A stretch of 64,000 nt of DNA from Vulcanimicrobiota bacterium (GTDB lineage: Bacteria > Vulcanimicrobiota > Xenobia > Xenobiales > JADMJV01). The stretch is from assembly GCA_050250895.1 (NCBI GenBank), contig JBFWNU010000001.1:744008-808007 (forward strand), given 5' to 3'. Below are positions 20,032 to 29,529 of this stretch, piece after piece. Position numbers and translations under genes: made by a program. Within the stretch, counting starts at the first letter, position 1, and the number at the start of each line of letters is the position of its first letter. The notes under the pieces were generated by a model that was given only the letters and a program-made list of their open reading frames with translations, searched no databases and was not told where the DNA came from.

Positions 20032-20480
20032 TCACGGCTCTACGTGCCTTCTTCCTAATCAACGTCGCCTGTGCGCTGGCTTTTGCCAGCTATGCCACAG
20101 GCCTGAGTAAAGTCACCCTTTTCCAACCGGTCCTGCCTCCGCCCCAGAGCGAATTCGAGAACCTCTCCGTCCAACAAGCACGGCAAATCCAACAAGACCA
20201 GCCCGAGGTCCTCTTTGTGGATGCACGTTCGCGTCCGGGCTATGACTTCAATCACTTGCCTGGCGCCATTTCCTTGCCCGTGGCGAGCACGGTGGATAAC
20301 ACCAATCTGGAGCGCCTGCGTCGGGCCCCCCTGGTCGTAGTCTATTGCGACAGCTCCCATTGTGGGGCCGCCCTCAAACTCGCCCAGAAATTGAGCCAAA
20401 TGGGTCTGGGTCCCATCAAGGTCATGGAAGACGGAATGGAAGGCTGGTTGCAGTCTGGCCTGCCCACAGAAAAATCCTGA
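20028..20480 (+). CDS. Rhodanese-like domain protein with N-terminal anchor
   Basis: FVDARS...HLPGAISLP, VVYCDSSHC, GMEGW. Confidence 0.88.
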   Translation: MITALRAFFLINVACALAFASYATGLSKVTLFQPVLPPPQSEFENLSVQQARQIQQDQPEVLFVDARSRPGYDFNHLPGAISLPVASTVDNTNLERLRRAPLVVVYCDSSHCGAALKLAQKLSQMGLGPIKVMEDGMEGWLQSGLPTEKS

Positions 20481-20486
20481 GCGGGC

Positions 20487-20515
20487 TTGCAGGGCGATGT
20501 TTCTTCGGCTATCCT
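20487..20515 (+). promoter_or_regulatory. Sigma70-like promoter for the pilin pair
   Basis: TTGCAG-N17-TATCCT, ending 7 nt before ATG 20523. Confidence 0.5.
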
Positions 20516-20522
20516 CATGGAG

Positions 20523-21035
20523 ATGAGCACTCCAGCACGCAGACAAAAAGGTTTTTCACTTGTCGAGGTCATGATTGCGATGGCAGTCATCCTCATCGGC
20601 ATCGCGGGCGTGGTCGGTTCTCTCACCTTCGGACTCAGGGCTAGCAGCCATGGCGAGATGCTCACCGACGCATCGAACCACGCGCGCATGCTCATCGAGT
20701 GCATGGTGGGCAGAGACTACATCTCGCGGGCCACTGCCCTCACGCCGAAGAGCGGGAGCGCAGCCGGAAACTGGCCTACCGCCGCCAGTGGCCTCAACGA
20801 CGCGGGTCCGGTCGCTCTTGACGCCCCGCCTTTCGACGAGAATCCGGATATTTATCTCGATACTGCCACCCTCCATGAGTTCACGCGGCAGGTCACCTGT
20901 GAGCGACGCGGAAGCGCCTCTGGCGACCCCGATGAATTCTTGGCCAACGTGACGGTCCGAATCTTCTGGGAAGAGAAAGGAGTGCAAAAAAGTGTTACGA
21001 TGTCAGCCGTCATCCCGCATACCCTCGAAATCTAG
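20523..21035 (+). CDS. Type IV minor pilin (PilV-like)
   Basis: RRQKG|FSLVEVMIAMAVILIGIAG class III signal; C-terminal VTVRIFW; start may instead be 20517. Confidence 0.85.
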   Translation: MSTPARRQKGFSLVEVMIAMAVILIGIAGVVGSLTFGLRASSHGEMLTDASNHARMLIECMVGRDYISRATALTPKSGSAAGNWPTAASGLNDAGPVALDAPPFDENPDIYLDTATLHEFTRQVTCERRGSASGDPDEFLANVTVRIFWEEKGVQKSVTMSAVIPHTLEI

Positions 21036-21732
21036 GCGGGGTTTCACCCTTATCGAGCTTGGCATCGTCGCTGCCATTCTCTCTATTCTTGGCCTAGTTC
21101 TGGTGGTTACGTTCTCCAAGTCCAATTCGGCCATCTCGCTGGGCACTGCCAAGATCGAAAGTGACTCCACCGCACGCATCGCCGTAGACCGCATTTCGCC
21201 GCTGGTCACTGCCGCTACCGAGATCATTCAAAACTCTACCGGCGGTTCGAGCCAGTTGCTGCGCTCTGGTAGCACAGCCCTGTTTTATCGCGAGTTGATT
21301 TTCAGCACCACCGAAGATTTCCTCGACCCTACCTACAACGCCGTGACCTGGGGAACCACGCACTTTAATCCGCTAGCCCCCCAGTCCTACAGCTATGTCA
21401 TCTACTTTTTCGACCCGGGCGACCCCACCTATCTCAACAACAACGCGCCCGACGCGAACCCCGGCGAGATCCGTCTGATGCGCAACGACGCCACCTTTGC
21501 AGCCAACAAGGACCAACTGGTTCCGGCCGTGCCGTTTAGAAGGTTGGCGGGTACCAATATCGATGATCCCACCGGAGCCGGCATCACCGACTTCCGTTGT
21601 CGGCGACTGCTGAGTAACGCTGCCGAGGTGATCATCGACACCCGTTCCTTCGTCAAGCGGGATAACGGCAACACCGAACGCCGGTTGTCTACCTTTGCAA
21701 CCATCGTCCAGGCACCGGCGGAAAGCTACTAA
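20992..21732 (+). CDS. Type IV minor pilin (PilW-like)
   Basis: SRRG|FTLIELGIVAAILSIL class III signal. Confidence 0.85.
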   Translation: MLRCQPSSRIPSKSRRGFTLIELGIVAAILSILGLVLVVTFSKSNSAISLGTAKIESDSTARIAVDRISPLVTAATEIIQNSTGGSSQLLRSGSTALFYRELIFSTTEDFLDPTYNAVTWGTTHFNPLAPQSYSYVIYFFDPGDPTYLNNNAPDANPGEIRLMRNDATFAANKDQLVPAVPFRRLAGTNIDDPTGAGITDFRCRRLLSNAAEVIIDTRSFVKRDNGNTERRLSTFATIVQAPAESY

Positions 21733-21753
21733 CAAACGCGCTGCCATAAGCTG

Positions 21754-21783
21754 AAAAGGCCGGCTCATCGCCGGCCTTTTTCT
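21754..21783 (+). terminator. Intrinsic terminator
   Basis: AAAAGGCCGGC-TCATC-GCCGGCCTTTTT. Confidence 0.85.
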
Positions 21784-21892
21784 TATGGGATCGTCACCCA
21801 GCCGGCCAAATATCAACCCTGGGTATGATGACTCCGGACCAAAGAATCCTCTAACCTTTTAAGTGTCAGAAATCCATAAGGAGTTTATTACA

Positions 21893-24304
21893 ATGAGGAT
21901 TTGGTCTGGGAAAGGATGGAAGCAACGCGGCAGCGTCTTGCTGCTGGCGTTGTTCTTTCTCTTTGCCTTGTTCCTGATGGCAGTCGCATTCTTCCGACTG
22001 CTGCCCACTGAATTGCACTCCGCGGCTCGCTCGAGCCGCGAAACCAAGGCCCACTATGCCGCCGACGCCGGCGCCCGAGACGCCGTCGGCTGGTTGAAAA
22101 CCAAGCCCGTGGCCGTACCCAACGCCGAAATCGATGCCTACAACACCTTACACGCCGATCCCACCAACGGAGGCGTCGATGGCTACTGGAGCTACACTTG
22201 CGAGATCACGCCCGTCGACCCCACTCGCGGTATCTACGAAATTCTTTCGACGGCACTCTACAACGGCCGTCCTATCCGCGAACTGCGGGCGGTGGTCCAA
22301 AACCAGTCGTTTGCAAAATACGCCCTCTGGTGGGACGACCAGGACACCAGCGAACTCGGCATCGTCTTTGCGATGAGTTCCAACGGCATCCAGGGCCCCG
22401 TTCACACCAACAGCTACTTCCGACTGGCCGCCGGCAGCACCGGTTTCTGGGATGACGGCGGCGGCTCGTGGGTCACCGGCATCAAAGACACCGCCGGCAA
22501 CCCCCTCGAGCCCGCCAAAATGACCTACGCCACCGCTTACGAGTCAGACAACCCCGACAATTCACTGGGCTTGGCGCCTGACGGAGTCCAGTACTACGGC
22601 GGCAACTATGCTGGCAACAACATCGACCTGACTCCGTATGATAGCTCCGGTCAACCGATCGCCGCGCGGTATGAACGCATCGTCGAGGGCGGCCGCGAAC
22701 GCATCAGCCAGGTCACGCCCATCGAAATGCCTGAAGAGAACACCGAACTACGCGTCAACGCCTGGGACCAGGTCGGCGGCGACACTTCTGACATGCCCGG
22801 CAGCAACGGCCTCTACGTCAATACCAACGGCAATCCCAACGAAGCCGGCGGTGACGTGGCTGGCGGCATCTACATCCGCGGCGACGCCGATGTGACCCTC
22901 AGTGTTACCTCTGGCAACGGAGACCACCAGAAAATCACGGCTCGCCAGGGCAACACCACTGTGCCTGGCCCCGACAGCACCGTCTGGCGTGCCGACATCC
23001 CCTATGCCAAACAATGGTATCAACCGCCCGACTACGAAGAGCCCACCTGGGAATGCACCTCGACCAAGACCGTCAACGGCGACCCCATTTACGGTCCCTG
23101 GTATGATTGCTCCTACACCAAGACCGGTCGCTACCCCGCCTGCGGAACCGAAATCGTCTACATCCCTGGTGAGGGCGGCGCCCTGACCCCCGTCGAACAG
23201 TATAAAATCTGCACCATCGACGTTCCCAAGAACTGCCACGACGTCATCGGCTACGAGCAGGTCGAGCAGTGCATCTGGGAAGTCACAGGTACTCACACCG
23301 TTCATCCCGACGGCTACTGGGTCGACGTTCCCCTCGATACCCCCGGAGCCACCATCGGCTTCCATAAGAACCAGGTCGTGGCTGCCGACTACACGCCCCC
23401 TCCGGGATACGAGACCTATACGGCCACTCCCACGGTCACCACCAGCACCATCACTATCCAGAACAACCAGTCGGCCGTCGAGGTCAACGGGGCACCCTAT
23501 CAGATTCCTATCGACTCGGACGGCGTCATGGTGAATGGCGTACTGGTTACCGACCCCACCGACCCCCGCCTGACTGTGGCCGACGGTAGCACCGTTTTCA
23601 TCGAGAACGACTCGACCAAGAACGGCGTCTACTATGGCGAGTTCACCATCATGGATGGTCGCACCAACGGTATTGTGTTCTCTGACGGCAATATCAAGAA
23701 GCTCCAGGGCACCAACAAAGGCGCCTACTACACCGACACTGCCGGCAACGAAGGCTATCACGGCCGCACCATCGCCGCCAACCTGGGCGCCAACAAGCGG
23801 GTTGAAATCTATGGCGACATCCTCCAATACTACAACGGTAGCGACCTAAACGCTTCGGGCGAACCGCTCAACGACGGCAACAACCGACTCGCGCCGGGCA
23901 ATCTGTCCCCAAATCCCGAGCACATCCTTGGTCTCATCGGCAAAGACATCGTCATCAACCCCAGCAAGGGTCACCACTCGAACTGGTACTCCGGCAACCG
24001 CGCCATCGATGTCTATGCCGTACTGATGGCCGGCAAGATGGTCGGGGGCGATGCCAAAGGCGGCTTCTACACCAACGGCGACCACCTCAAGAACGACGAC
24101 CACCTGGGCGAGTTCAACCTCTACGGAGGTCTGATCACCGCCAACCTCCTGCCGGTGCAGAAAGCCTACGCCGGGTCGAGTTATGCTAACGGCTTCAAGC
24201 AGGAGTTCAACTACGACTGGGTGGCAGCCCAGAACCTGCAGAACTTCCCGTCGACCAACACCTTCTCGGTTCTGCGCTACGTCCAAACCCACGTAGAGGG
24301 ATAA
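21893..24304 (+). CDS. Large PilX-like pilin/adhesin, paralog 1
   Basis: AAGGAG RBS then ATG 21893; KQRG|SVLLLALFFLFALFLMAVAFF...AHYAADAG PilX-type N-terminus; SFAKYA...GPVHTN; six-Cys insert. Confidence 0.8.
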   Translation: MRIWSGKGWKQRGSVLLLALFFLFALFLMAVAFFRLLPTELHSAARSSRETKAHYAADAGARDAVGWLKTKPVAVPNAEIDAYNTLHADPTNGGVDGYWSYTCEITPVDPTRGIYEILSTALYNGRPIRELRAVVQNQSFAKYALWWDDQDTSELGIVFAMSSNGIQGPVHTNSYFRLAAGSTGFWDDGGGSWVTGIKDTAGNPLEPAKMTYATAYESDNPDNSLGLAPDGVQYYGGNYAGNNIDLTPYDSSGQPIAARYERIVEGGRERISQVTPIEMPEENTELRVNAWDQVGGDTSDMPGSNGLYVNTNGNPNEAGGDVAGGIYIRGDADVTLSVTSGNGDHQKITARQGNTTVPGPDSTVWRADIPYAKQWYQPPDYEEPTWECTSTKTVNGDPIYGPWYDCSYTKTGRYPACGTEIVYIPGEGGALTPVEQYKICTIDVPKNCHDVIGYEQVEQCIWEVTGTHTVHPDGYWVDVPLDTPGATIGFHKNQVVAADYTPPPGYETYTATPTVTTSTITIQNNQSAVEVNGAPYQIPIDSDGVMVNGVLVTDPTDPRLTVADGSTVFIENDSTKNGVYYGEFTIMDGRTNGIVFSDGNIKKLQGTNKGAYYTDTAGNEGYHGRTIAANLGANKRVEIYGDILQYYNGSDLNASGEPLNDGNNRLAPGNLSPNPEHILGLIGKDIVINPSKGHHSNWYSGNRAIDVYAVLMAGKMVGGDAKGGFYTNGDHLKNDDHLGEFNLYGGLITANLLPVQKAYAGSSYANGFKQEFNYDWVAAQNLQNFPSTNTFSVLRYVQTHVEG

Positions 24305-24335
24305 CCGCAAGAGTACCGTCATTTCTGACAACAAC

Positions 24336-24360
24336 AAGCCCCCAAAATGGGGGCTTTTTT
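24336..24360 (+). terminator. Intrinsic terminator
   Basis: AAGCCCCC-AAAAT-GGGGGCTT-TTTT. Confidence 0.88.
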
Positions 24361-24465
24361 CTTACACTAGAGACGTCTCAAGAGGAAATCATCCTAAGGT
24401 ATGACGACCAATTTTCTGACAAAGATTACTCTTAGCTAGTCAGAAATACCAGAGGAGGCTCTTAC

Positions 24466-26874
24466 GTGAAGTCTATCCCAGGCCTGAGAGGTCAAAAGCG
24501 CGGCAGCGTCTTACTGCTCGCGCTTTTCTTCCTCTTCGCCCTCTTCTTGATGGCGGTAGCGTTCTTCCGATTGCTGCCGACCGAGCTGCACTCCGCCGCA
24601 CGCTCGAGTCGCGAAACCAAGGCCCACTATGCGGCCGACGCCGGAGCCCGCGATGCGGTCGGCTGGCTCAAGACCAAACCCGTGGCCGTCCCCAATGCCG
24701 ACATCGATGCCTACAACACGCTCCACTCCGATCCGGCCAACGGCCCGATCGACGGCTATTGGAGCTACACTTGCCAAATCGAAAGCATCGACCCCACCCG
24801 TGGCATTTATGGCATCCTGGCCACCGCGATGTATAACGGACGTCCTGCCCGCGAGTTGCGCGCCGTCGTCCAAAACCAATCTTTTGCCAAATACGCACTG
24901 TGGTGGGACGACCAGGACACCAGCGAACTCGGTATCGTCTTCGCCATGAGTTCTGACGGTATCCAGGGCCCCGTCCACACCAACAGCTACTTCCGGCTGG
25001 CCGCTGGCAGCAGCAGCTTCTGGAGCGACGGCGGCAACTCTTGGGTCACCGGCGTGAAGGACTCCGCCGGCAACCCCCTCGAGCCGGCCAAGATGACTTA
25101 CGCCACGGCCTACGAAGCCGACGACCCTGACAATGCGCTGGGTATGGCTCCCGACGGAGTCCAATACTACGGCGGCAACTATGCCGGCAGCAACGTCGAC
25201 CTGACTCCCTACGACAGCTCTGGACTCCCCATCGCCGACCGCTACGAACGCATCGTCGAGGGCGGCCGCGAGCGCATCAGCCAGGTCACACCCATCGAAA
25301 TGCCCGAAGAGAACACCGAACTGCGCGTCAACGCCTGGGATCAGGTCGGTGGCGACACCAGCGATATGCCCGGTAGCAACGGCCTCTATATCAATACCGA
25401 CGGCAACCCCAACGAAGCTGGCGGCGATGTGGCCGGCGGCATCTACATCCGTGGCGACGCCGACGTGACCCTAGGCATCACCTCGGGCAACGGAGACCAC
25501 CAGAAAATCACCGCCCGCCAGGGCAATACCACCGTGCCCGGTCCCGACAGCACCGTTTGGCGCGCCGACATCCCCTACGCCAAACAGTGGTATCAACCCC
25601 CGGACTACCAGGAACCCACCTGGGAATGCACCTCGACCAAGACCGTCAACGGCGACCCCATCTACGGCCCCTGGTATGACTGCTCCTACACCAAAACCGG
25701 TCGTTATCCCGAGTGCGGCACCGAAATCATCTACATCCCCGGTGAGGGCGGCGCCCTGACCCCCGTCCAACAATACAAGATCTGCACCGTCAACGTTCCT
25801 AAGAACTGCCACGACGTGATCGGCTACGAACAGGTCCAGCAGTGTGTCTGGGAAGTCACCGGGAGTCACACCGTCCACCCTGACGGCTACTGGGTCGACG
25901 TGCCCCTAGATACGCCTGGCGCTACCATCGGCTTCCACAAGAACCAGGTCGTAGCCGAAGACTATACTCCCCCGCCCGGATACGAGAGCTACACCGCCAC
26001 TCCCACCGTCACTACCAGCACCATCACCATCGAAGACAACCAGTCAGCCATTGAAGTCAACGGTTCTGCTTACCAGATTCCCATCGACTCGGATGGCGTG
26101 ATGGTCAACGGCGAGTTGATCACCGATCCGGCTGACTCGCGCCTGACCGTTGCCGACGGCAGCACCGTCTACATCGACCACGACAGCACCAAGAACGGCG
26201 TCTACTACGGCGAGTTCACCGTGATGAACGGCCGCACCAACGGTATCGTCTTCTCCGACGGCAACATCAAGAAACTCCAGGGCACCAACAAAGGCGCCTA
26301 CTACACCGACACGGCGGGTAACGAAGGCTATCACGGCCGCACTATCGCCGCCAATCTAGGCGCCAACAAGCGAGTCGAGATCTACGGCGACATCCTGCAA
26401 TACTACAATGGCAGCGACCTCAACGCCTCGGGCCAGCCGCTCAACGACGGCAACAACCGCCTGAAGCCGGGCAACCTCTCTCCGAACCCCGAGCACATCC
26501 TCGGCCTCATCGGCTACGACATCGTCATCAACCCCAACAAAAACCAACATTCCAGCTGGTATTCCGGCAACCGCGCCATCGACGTCTACGCCGTGCTGAT
26601 GGCCGGCAAGATGGTCGGGGGAGATGCGAAGGGCGGCTTCTACACCAACGGCGACCACCTCAAAAACGACGACCACCTGGGCGAGTTCAACCTCTTCGGA
26701 GGCTTGATTACCGCCAACCTGCTGCCGGTGCAGAAAGCCTATGCGGGCTCGAGCTACGCCAACGGTTTCAAGCAGGAGTTCAACTACGACTGGATGGCTG
26801 CCCAGAACCTGCAGAACTTCCCGTCGACCAATACCTTCTCGGTTCTGCGTTACGTCCAGACTCACGTGGAATAA
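24466..26874 (+). CDS. Large PilX-like pilin/adhesin, paralog 2
   Basis: AGGAGG RBS, GTG start; collinear with and very similar to paralog 1, with many synonymous differences. Confidence 0.8.
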   Translation: MKSIPGLRGQKRGSVLLLALFFLFALFLMAVAFFRLLPTELHSAARSSRETKAHYAADAGARDAVGWLKTKPVAVPNADIDAYNTLHSDPANGPIDGYWSYTCQIESIDPTRGIYGILATAMYNGRPARELRAVVQNQSFAKYALWWDDQDTSELGIVFAMSSDGIQGPVHTNSYFRLAAGSSSFWSDGGNSWVTGVKDSAGNPLEPAKMTYATAYEADDPDNALGMAPDGVQYYGGNYAGSNVDLTPYDSSGLPIADRYERIVEGGRERISQVTPIEMPEENTELRVNAWDQVGGDTSDMPGSNGLYINTDGNPNEAGGDVAGGIYIRGDADVTLGITSGNGDHQKITARQGNTTVPGPDSTVWRADIPYAKQWYQPPDYQEPTWECTSTKTVNGDPIYGPWYDCSYTKTGRYPECGTEIIYIPGEGGALTPVQQYKICTVNVPKNCHDVIGYEQVQQCVWEVTGSHTVHPDGYWVDVPLDTPGATIGFHKNQVVAEDYTPPPGYESYTATPTVTTSTITIEDNQSAIEVNGSAYQIPIDSDGVMVNGELITDPADSRLTVADGSTVYIDHDSTKNGVYYGEFTVMNGRTNGIVFSDGNIKKLQGTNKGAYYTDTAGNEGYHGRTIAANLGANKRVEIYGDILQYYNGSDLNASGQPLNDGNNRLKPGNLSPNPEHILGLIGYDIVINPNKNQHSSWYSGNRAIDVYAVLMAGKMVGGDAKGGFYTNGDHLKNDDHLGEFNLFGGLITANLLPVQKAYAGSSYANGFKQEFNYDWMAAQNLQNFPSTNTFSVLRYVQTHVE

Positions 26875-26907
26875 ACACAAACCGAAGAAGAGTCTCTGAC
26901 ACTATTT

Positions 26908-26933
26908 GAGACCCCCGACCGGGGGTCTCTTTT
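26908..26933 (+). terminator. Intrinsic terminator
   Basis: GAGACCCCC-GACC-GGGGGTCTC-TTTT. Confidence 0.88.
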
Positions 26934-27093
26934 CAATTCAAAGGCACTAAACCCCTATTTCATAGGCATCCTTGTCACCTGGCGAAAATTTTAGCGAGCC
27001 GCCCCCAGGCGGCGGCATCCTCCTGGAGTATGACGCTGGAAATTTTCGCCGCGACTACACTCAGAGCGTCAGAGACTAAGAGGAGGTAAAAGG

Positions 27094-29511
27094 ATGACAA
27101 CCCATCCGGGCAGAGGAGATAGAAGGCGAGGCAGCGTGTTACTGCTGGCTTTATTCTTTCTCTTTGCGTTATTTTTGATGGCCGTGGCCTTTTTCAGGCT
27201 GCTGCCCACCGAGCTTCACTCGGCCGCTCGCTCGAGCACCAATGCCAAAGCTCACTACGCTTGTGACGCTGGCGCCCGCGACGCCGTGGCCTGGCTCAAG
27301 ACCAAGCCCACGGCCGTGCCCAACGCCGAAGTCGCGGCCTATAACGGCCTTCACTCCGACCCGGCCAACGGCAACATCGACGGCCGCTGGGCCTACACCT
27401 GCGCGGTCGAGACCGTCGACCCCAATCGCGGTATCTACAATATCCTCTCGACGGCCATCTACAACGGCCGTCCCATCCGCGAACTGCGCTGCACCGTGCA
27501 GAACCAATCTTTCGCCAAGTATGCCCTATGGTGGGATGACCAGGACACCACCCAGCTGGGTATCGTCTTTTCAATGGGCTCGAACGGTATTCAGGGCCCC
27601 GTCCACACGAACAGCTATTTCCGTCTGGCCGCCGGCACCACCGGCTTCTGGAACGACGGCAAGGCTCCCTGGATCACCGGCATCAAAGACGCTGCCGGCG
27701 TCCCCCTCGAGCCGGCCAAAATGACCTACGCCACGGCCTATAGCGCCACCGACGCCGACAACCCCACCGGGATGGCTCCCGATGGCATCCAATACTACGG
27801 CGGCAACTACGCCGGCAGCAGCGCCGGCCTGGTGCCCTACGACAGTACCACCGGCGCCCCCATCAGCTCTCGCTACGAGCGGATGATCGAAGGCGGCCGC
27901 GAGCGCATCAGCCAGGTCACCGAAATCAAGATGCCCGAAGAGAACTCGGCGCTGCGCGCCAACGCCTGGGACGCAGTCAATGGCGACCTGACCGATATGC
28001 CCAGTACTTCCGGTCTCTACATCAACACCAACGGCACCGGCGCAAATCTAGCCAACGCCGACGTGCAGGGCGGCGTCTACATCAAAGGCGACGCGGAGGT
28101 CACCCTCAGCGTCACCAGCGGCAACGGCGACCACCAGAAGATCACTGCCAAACAGAACCAGACGACCGTTCCCGGTCCGAGCAGCACCGTCTGGACTGCC
28201 AAGGTTCCCTACGCTAAACAGTGGTATCAACCCCCGTCCTACCAGGAGCCTCAGTACAGCTGCACCGCTTACAAGACCGTGAACGGCAACCCTATCTACG
28301 GTCCCTATTATGACTGCTCGACCACCAAAACCGGTCGCTACCCTGAGTGCGGCACCGAAATCGTCTTCATCCCCGGTGAAGGCGGCGCTCTCACCCCGGT
28401 TCAACAGTATAAGATCTGCACCGTCCCGGTGCCCAAACAGTGCCGCGACATCATCGGCTACCAACAAGTTCAACAGTGCACCAACTGGGCTGTGAGCGGT
28501 TACACCACCGTCAACCCGGCGGGATACTGGGTCGACGTTCCTCTCGGCACCTCGGGCGCGACCGTCTATTTCAAGACGGAAACCGTCGACTCCACTTACG
28601 TTCCGCCGGTAGGCTACGAACAATACCCCGCCACCTCCAAGACGACCACCAGCACCATCTCCATCGATAACAACATGTCCGTAGTCGAGGTCAACCAGGC
28701 CGACTACCACATTCCTTTCAAAACCGGCGGCGTGATGGTCAACGGAACCCTCGTCACCGACCCTAACGACCCGATTCTGACCGTGTCCGACGGACACACC
28801 GTCTACATCAACAAAGACGCCAGCGCCAGCGGCGTCTACTACGGCGAATTCACCGTGATGAACGGGCGCACGAACGGCATCGTCTTCTCGGACAACAACA
28901 TCCTCAAGCTCCAGGGCACCAATAAGGGCGCCTACTACACCGACCTCGCCGGTAATGAGGGTTATCACGGCCGGACCATCGCGGTCAACATCGGCACCGA
29001 CAAGAAGATCGACATCTTCAACGACATCCTTCAATATTACAACGGCAGCGACCTCAACGCCGCCAATCAACCCCTCAACGACGGCAGTAACCGCCTCACT
29101 CCCGGCAACCTGTCGCCCAACCCTGACCACATCCTTGGCCTCATTGCCAAAGACATCTACATCAACCCCGACAAGAACCAGAAGGCCAACTACTACTCTG
29201 GTAACCGAGCCATCGATGTCTACGCTGTGCTGATGGCTGGCAAGATGGTCAACAACACGGCGGTGGGCGGATTCCAGAGCCACCTCGACCATATGCAAAG
29301 CAATGACAAGCTTGGCGACTTCAACCTCTACGGCGGCCTGATCACCGCCAACCTGCTCCCGGTACAGAAGGCCTACACCGGCGGCACTACCGCTAACGGC
29401 TTCCGCCAGGAGTTCAACTACGACTGGATCGCCGCTCAGAACTTGCAGAACTTCCCTAACACGCAGAACTTCACCGTGCTGCGCTACGTAGAGAACTACA
29501 TCGAAGGTTAG
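27094..29511 (+). CDS. Large PilX-like pilin/adhesin, paralog 3 (most divergent)
   Basis: AGGAGG RBS; same N-terminus, GPVHTN motif and six-Cys insert. Confidence 0.8.
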   Translation: MTTHPGRGDRRRGSVLLLALFFLFALFLMAVAFFRLLPTELHSAARSSTNAKAHYACDAGARDAVAWLKTKPTAVPNAEVAAYNGLHSDPANGNIDGRWAYTCAVETVDPNRGIYNILSTAIYNGRPIRELRCTVQNQSFAKYALWWDDQDTTQLGIVFSMGSNGIQGPVHTNSYFRLAAGTTGFWNDGKAPWITGIKDAAGVPLEPAKMTYATAYSATDADNPTGMAPDGIQYYGGNYAGSSAGLVPYDSTTGAPISSRYERMIEGGRERISQVTEIKMPEENSALRANAWDAVNGDLTDMPSTSGLYINTNGTGANLANADVQGGVYIKGDAEVTLSVTSGNGDHQKITAKQNQTTVPGPSSTVWTAKVPYAKQWYQPPSYQEPQYSCTAYKTVNGNPIYGPYYDCSTTKTGRYPECGTEIVFIPGEGGALTPVQQYKICTVPVPKQCRDIIGYQQVQQCTNWAVSGYTTVNPAGYWVDVPLGTSGATVYFKTETVDSTYVPPVGYEQYPATSKTTTSTISIDNNMSVVEVNQADYHIPFKTGGVMVNGTLVTDPNDPILTVSDGHTVYINKDASASGVYYGEFTVMNGRTNGIVFSDNNILKLQGTNKGAYYTDLAGNEGYHGRTIAVNIGTDKKIDIFNDILQYYNGSDLNAANQPLNDGSNRLTPGNLSPNPDHILGLIAKDIYINPDKNQKANYYSGNRAIDVYAVLMAGKMVNNTAVGGFQSHLDHMQSNDKLGDFNLYGGLITANLLPVQKAYTGGTTANGFRQEFNYDWIAAQNLQNFPNTQNFTVLRYVENYIEG

Positions 29512-29529
29512 GTCTATCGGTTCTGAATG

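Noticed and set aside
21893-29511. Triplication as an assembly artefact
   Set aside because: Copies differ at many synonymous sites throughout and have distinct intergenic regions and terminators.
21893-29511. Diversity-generating retroelement, shufflon or silent pilS-type cassettes
   Set aside because: No reverse transcriptase or recombinase in the window; differences are not adenine-specific; all copies are full length with their own RBS.
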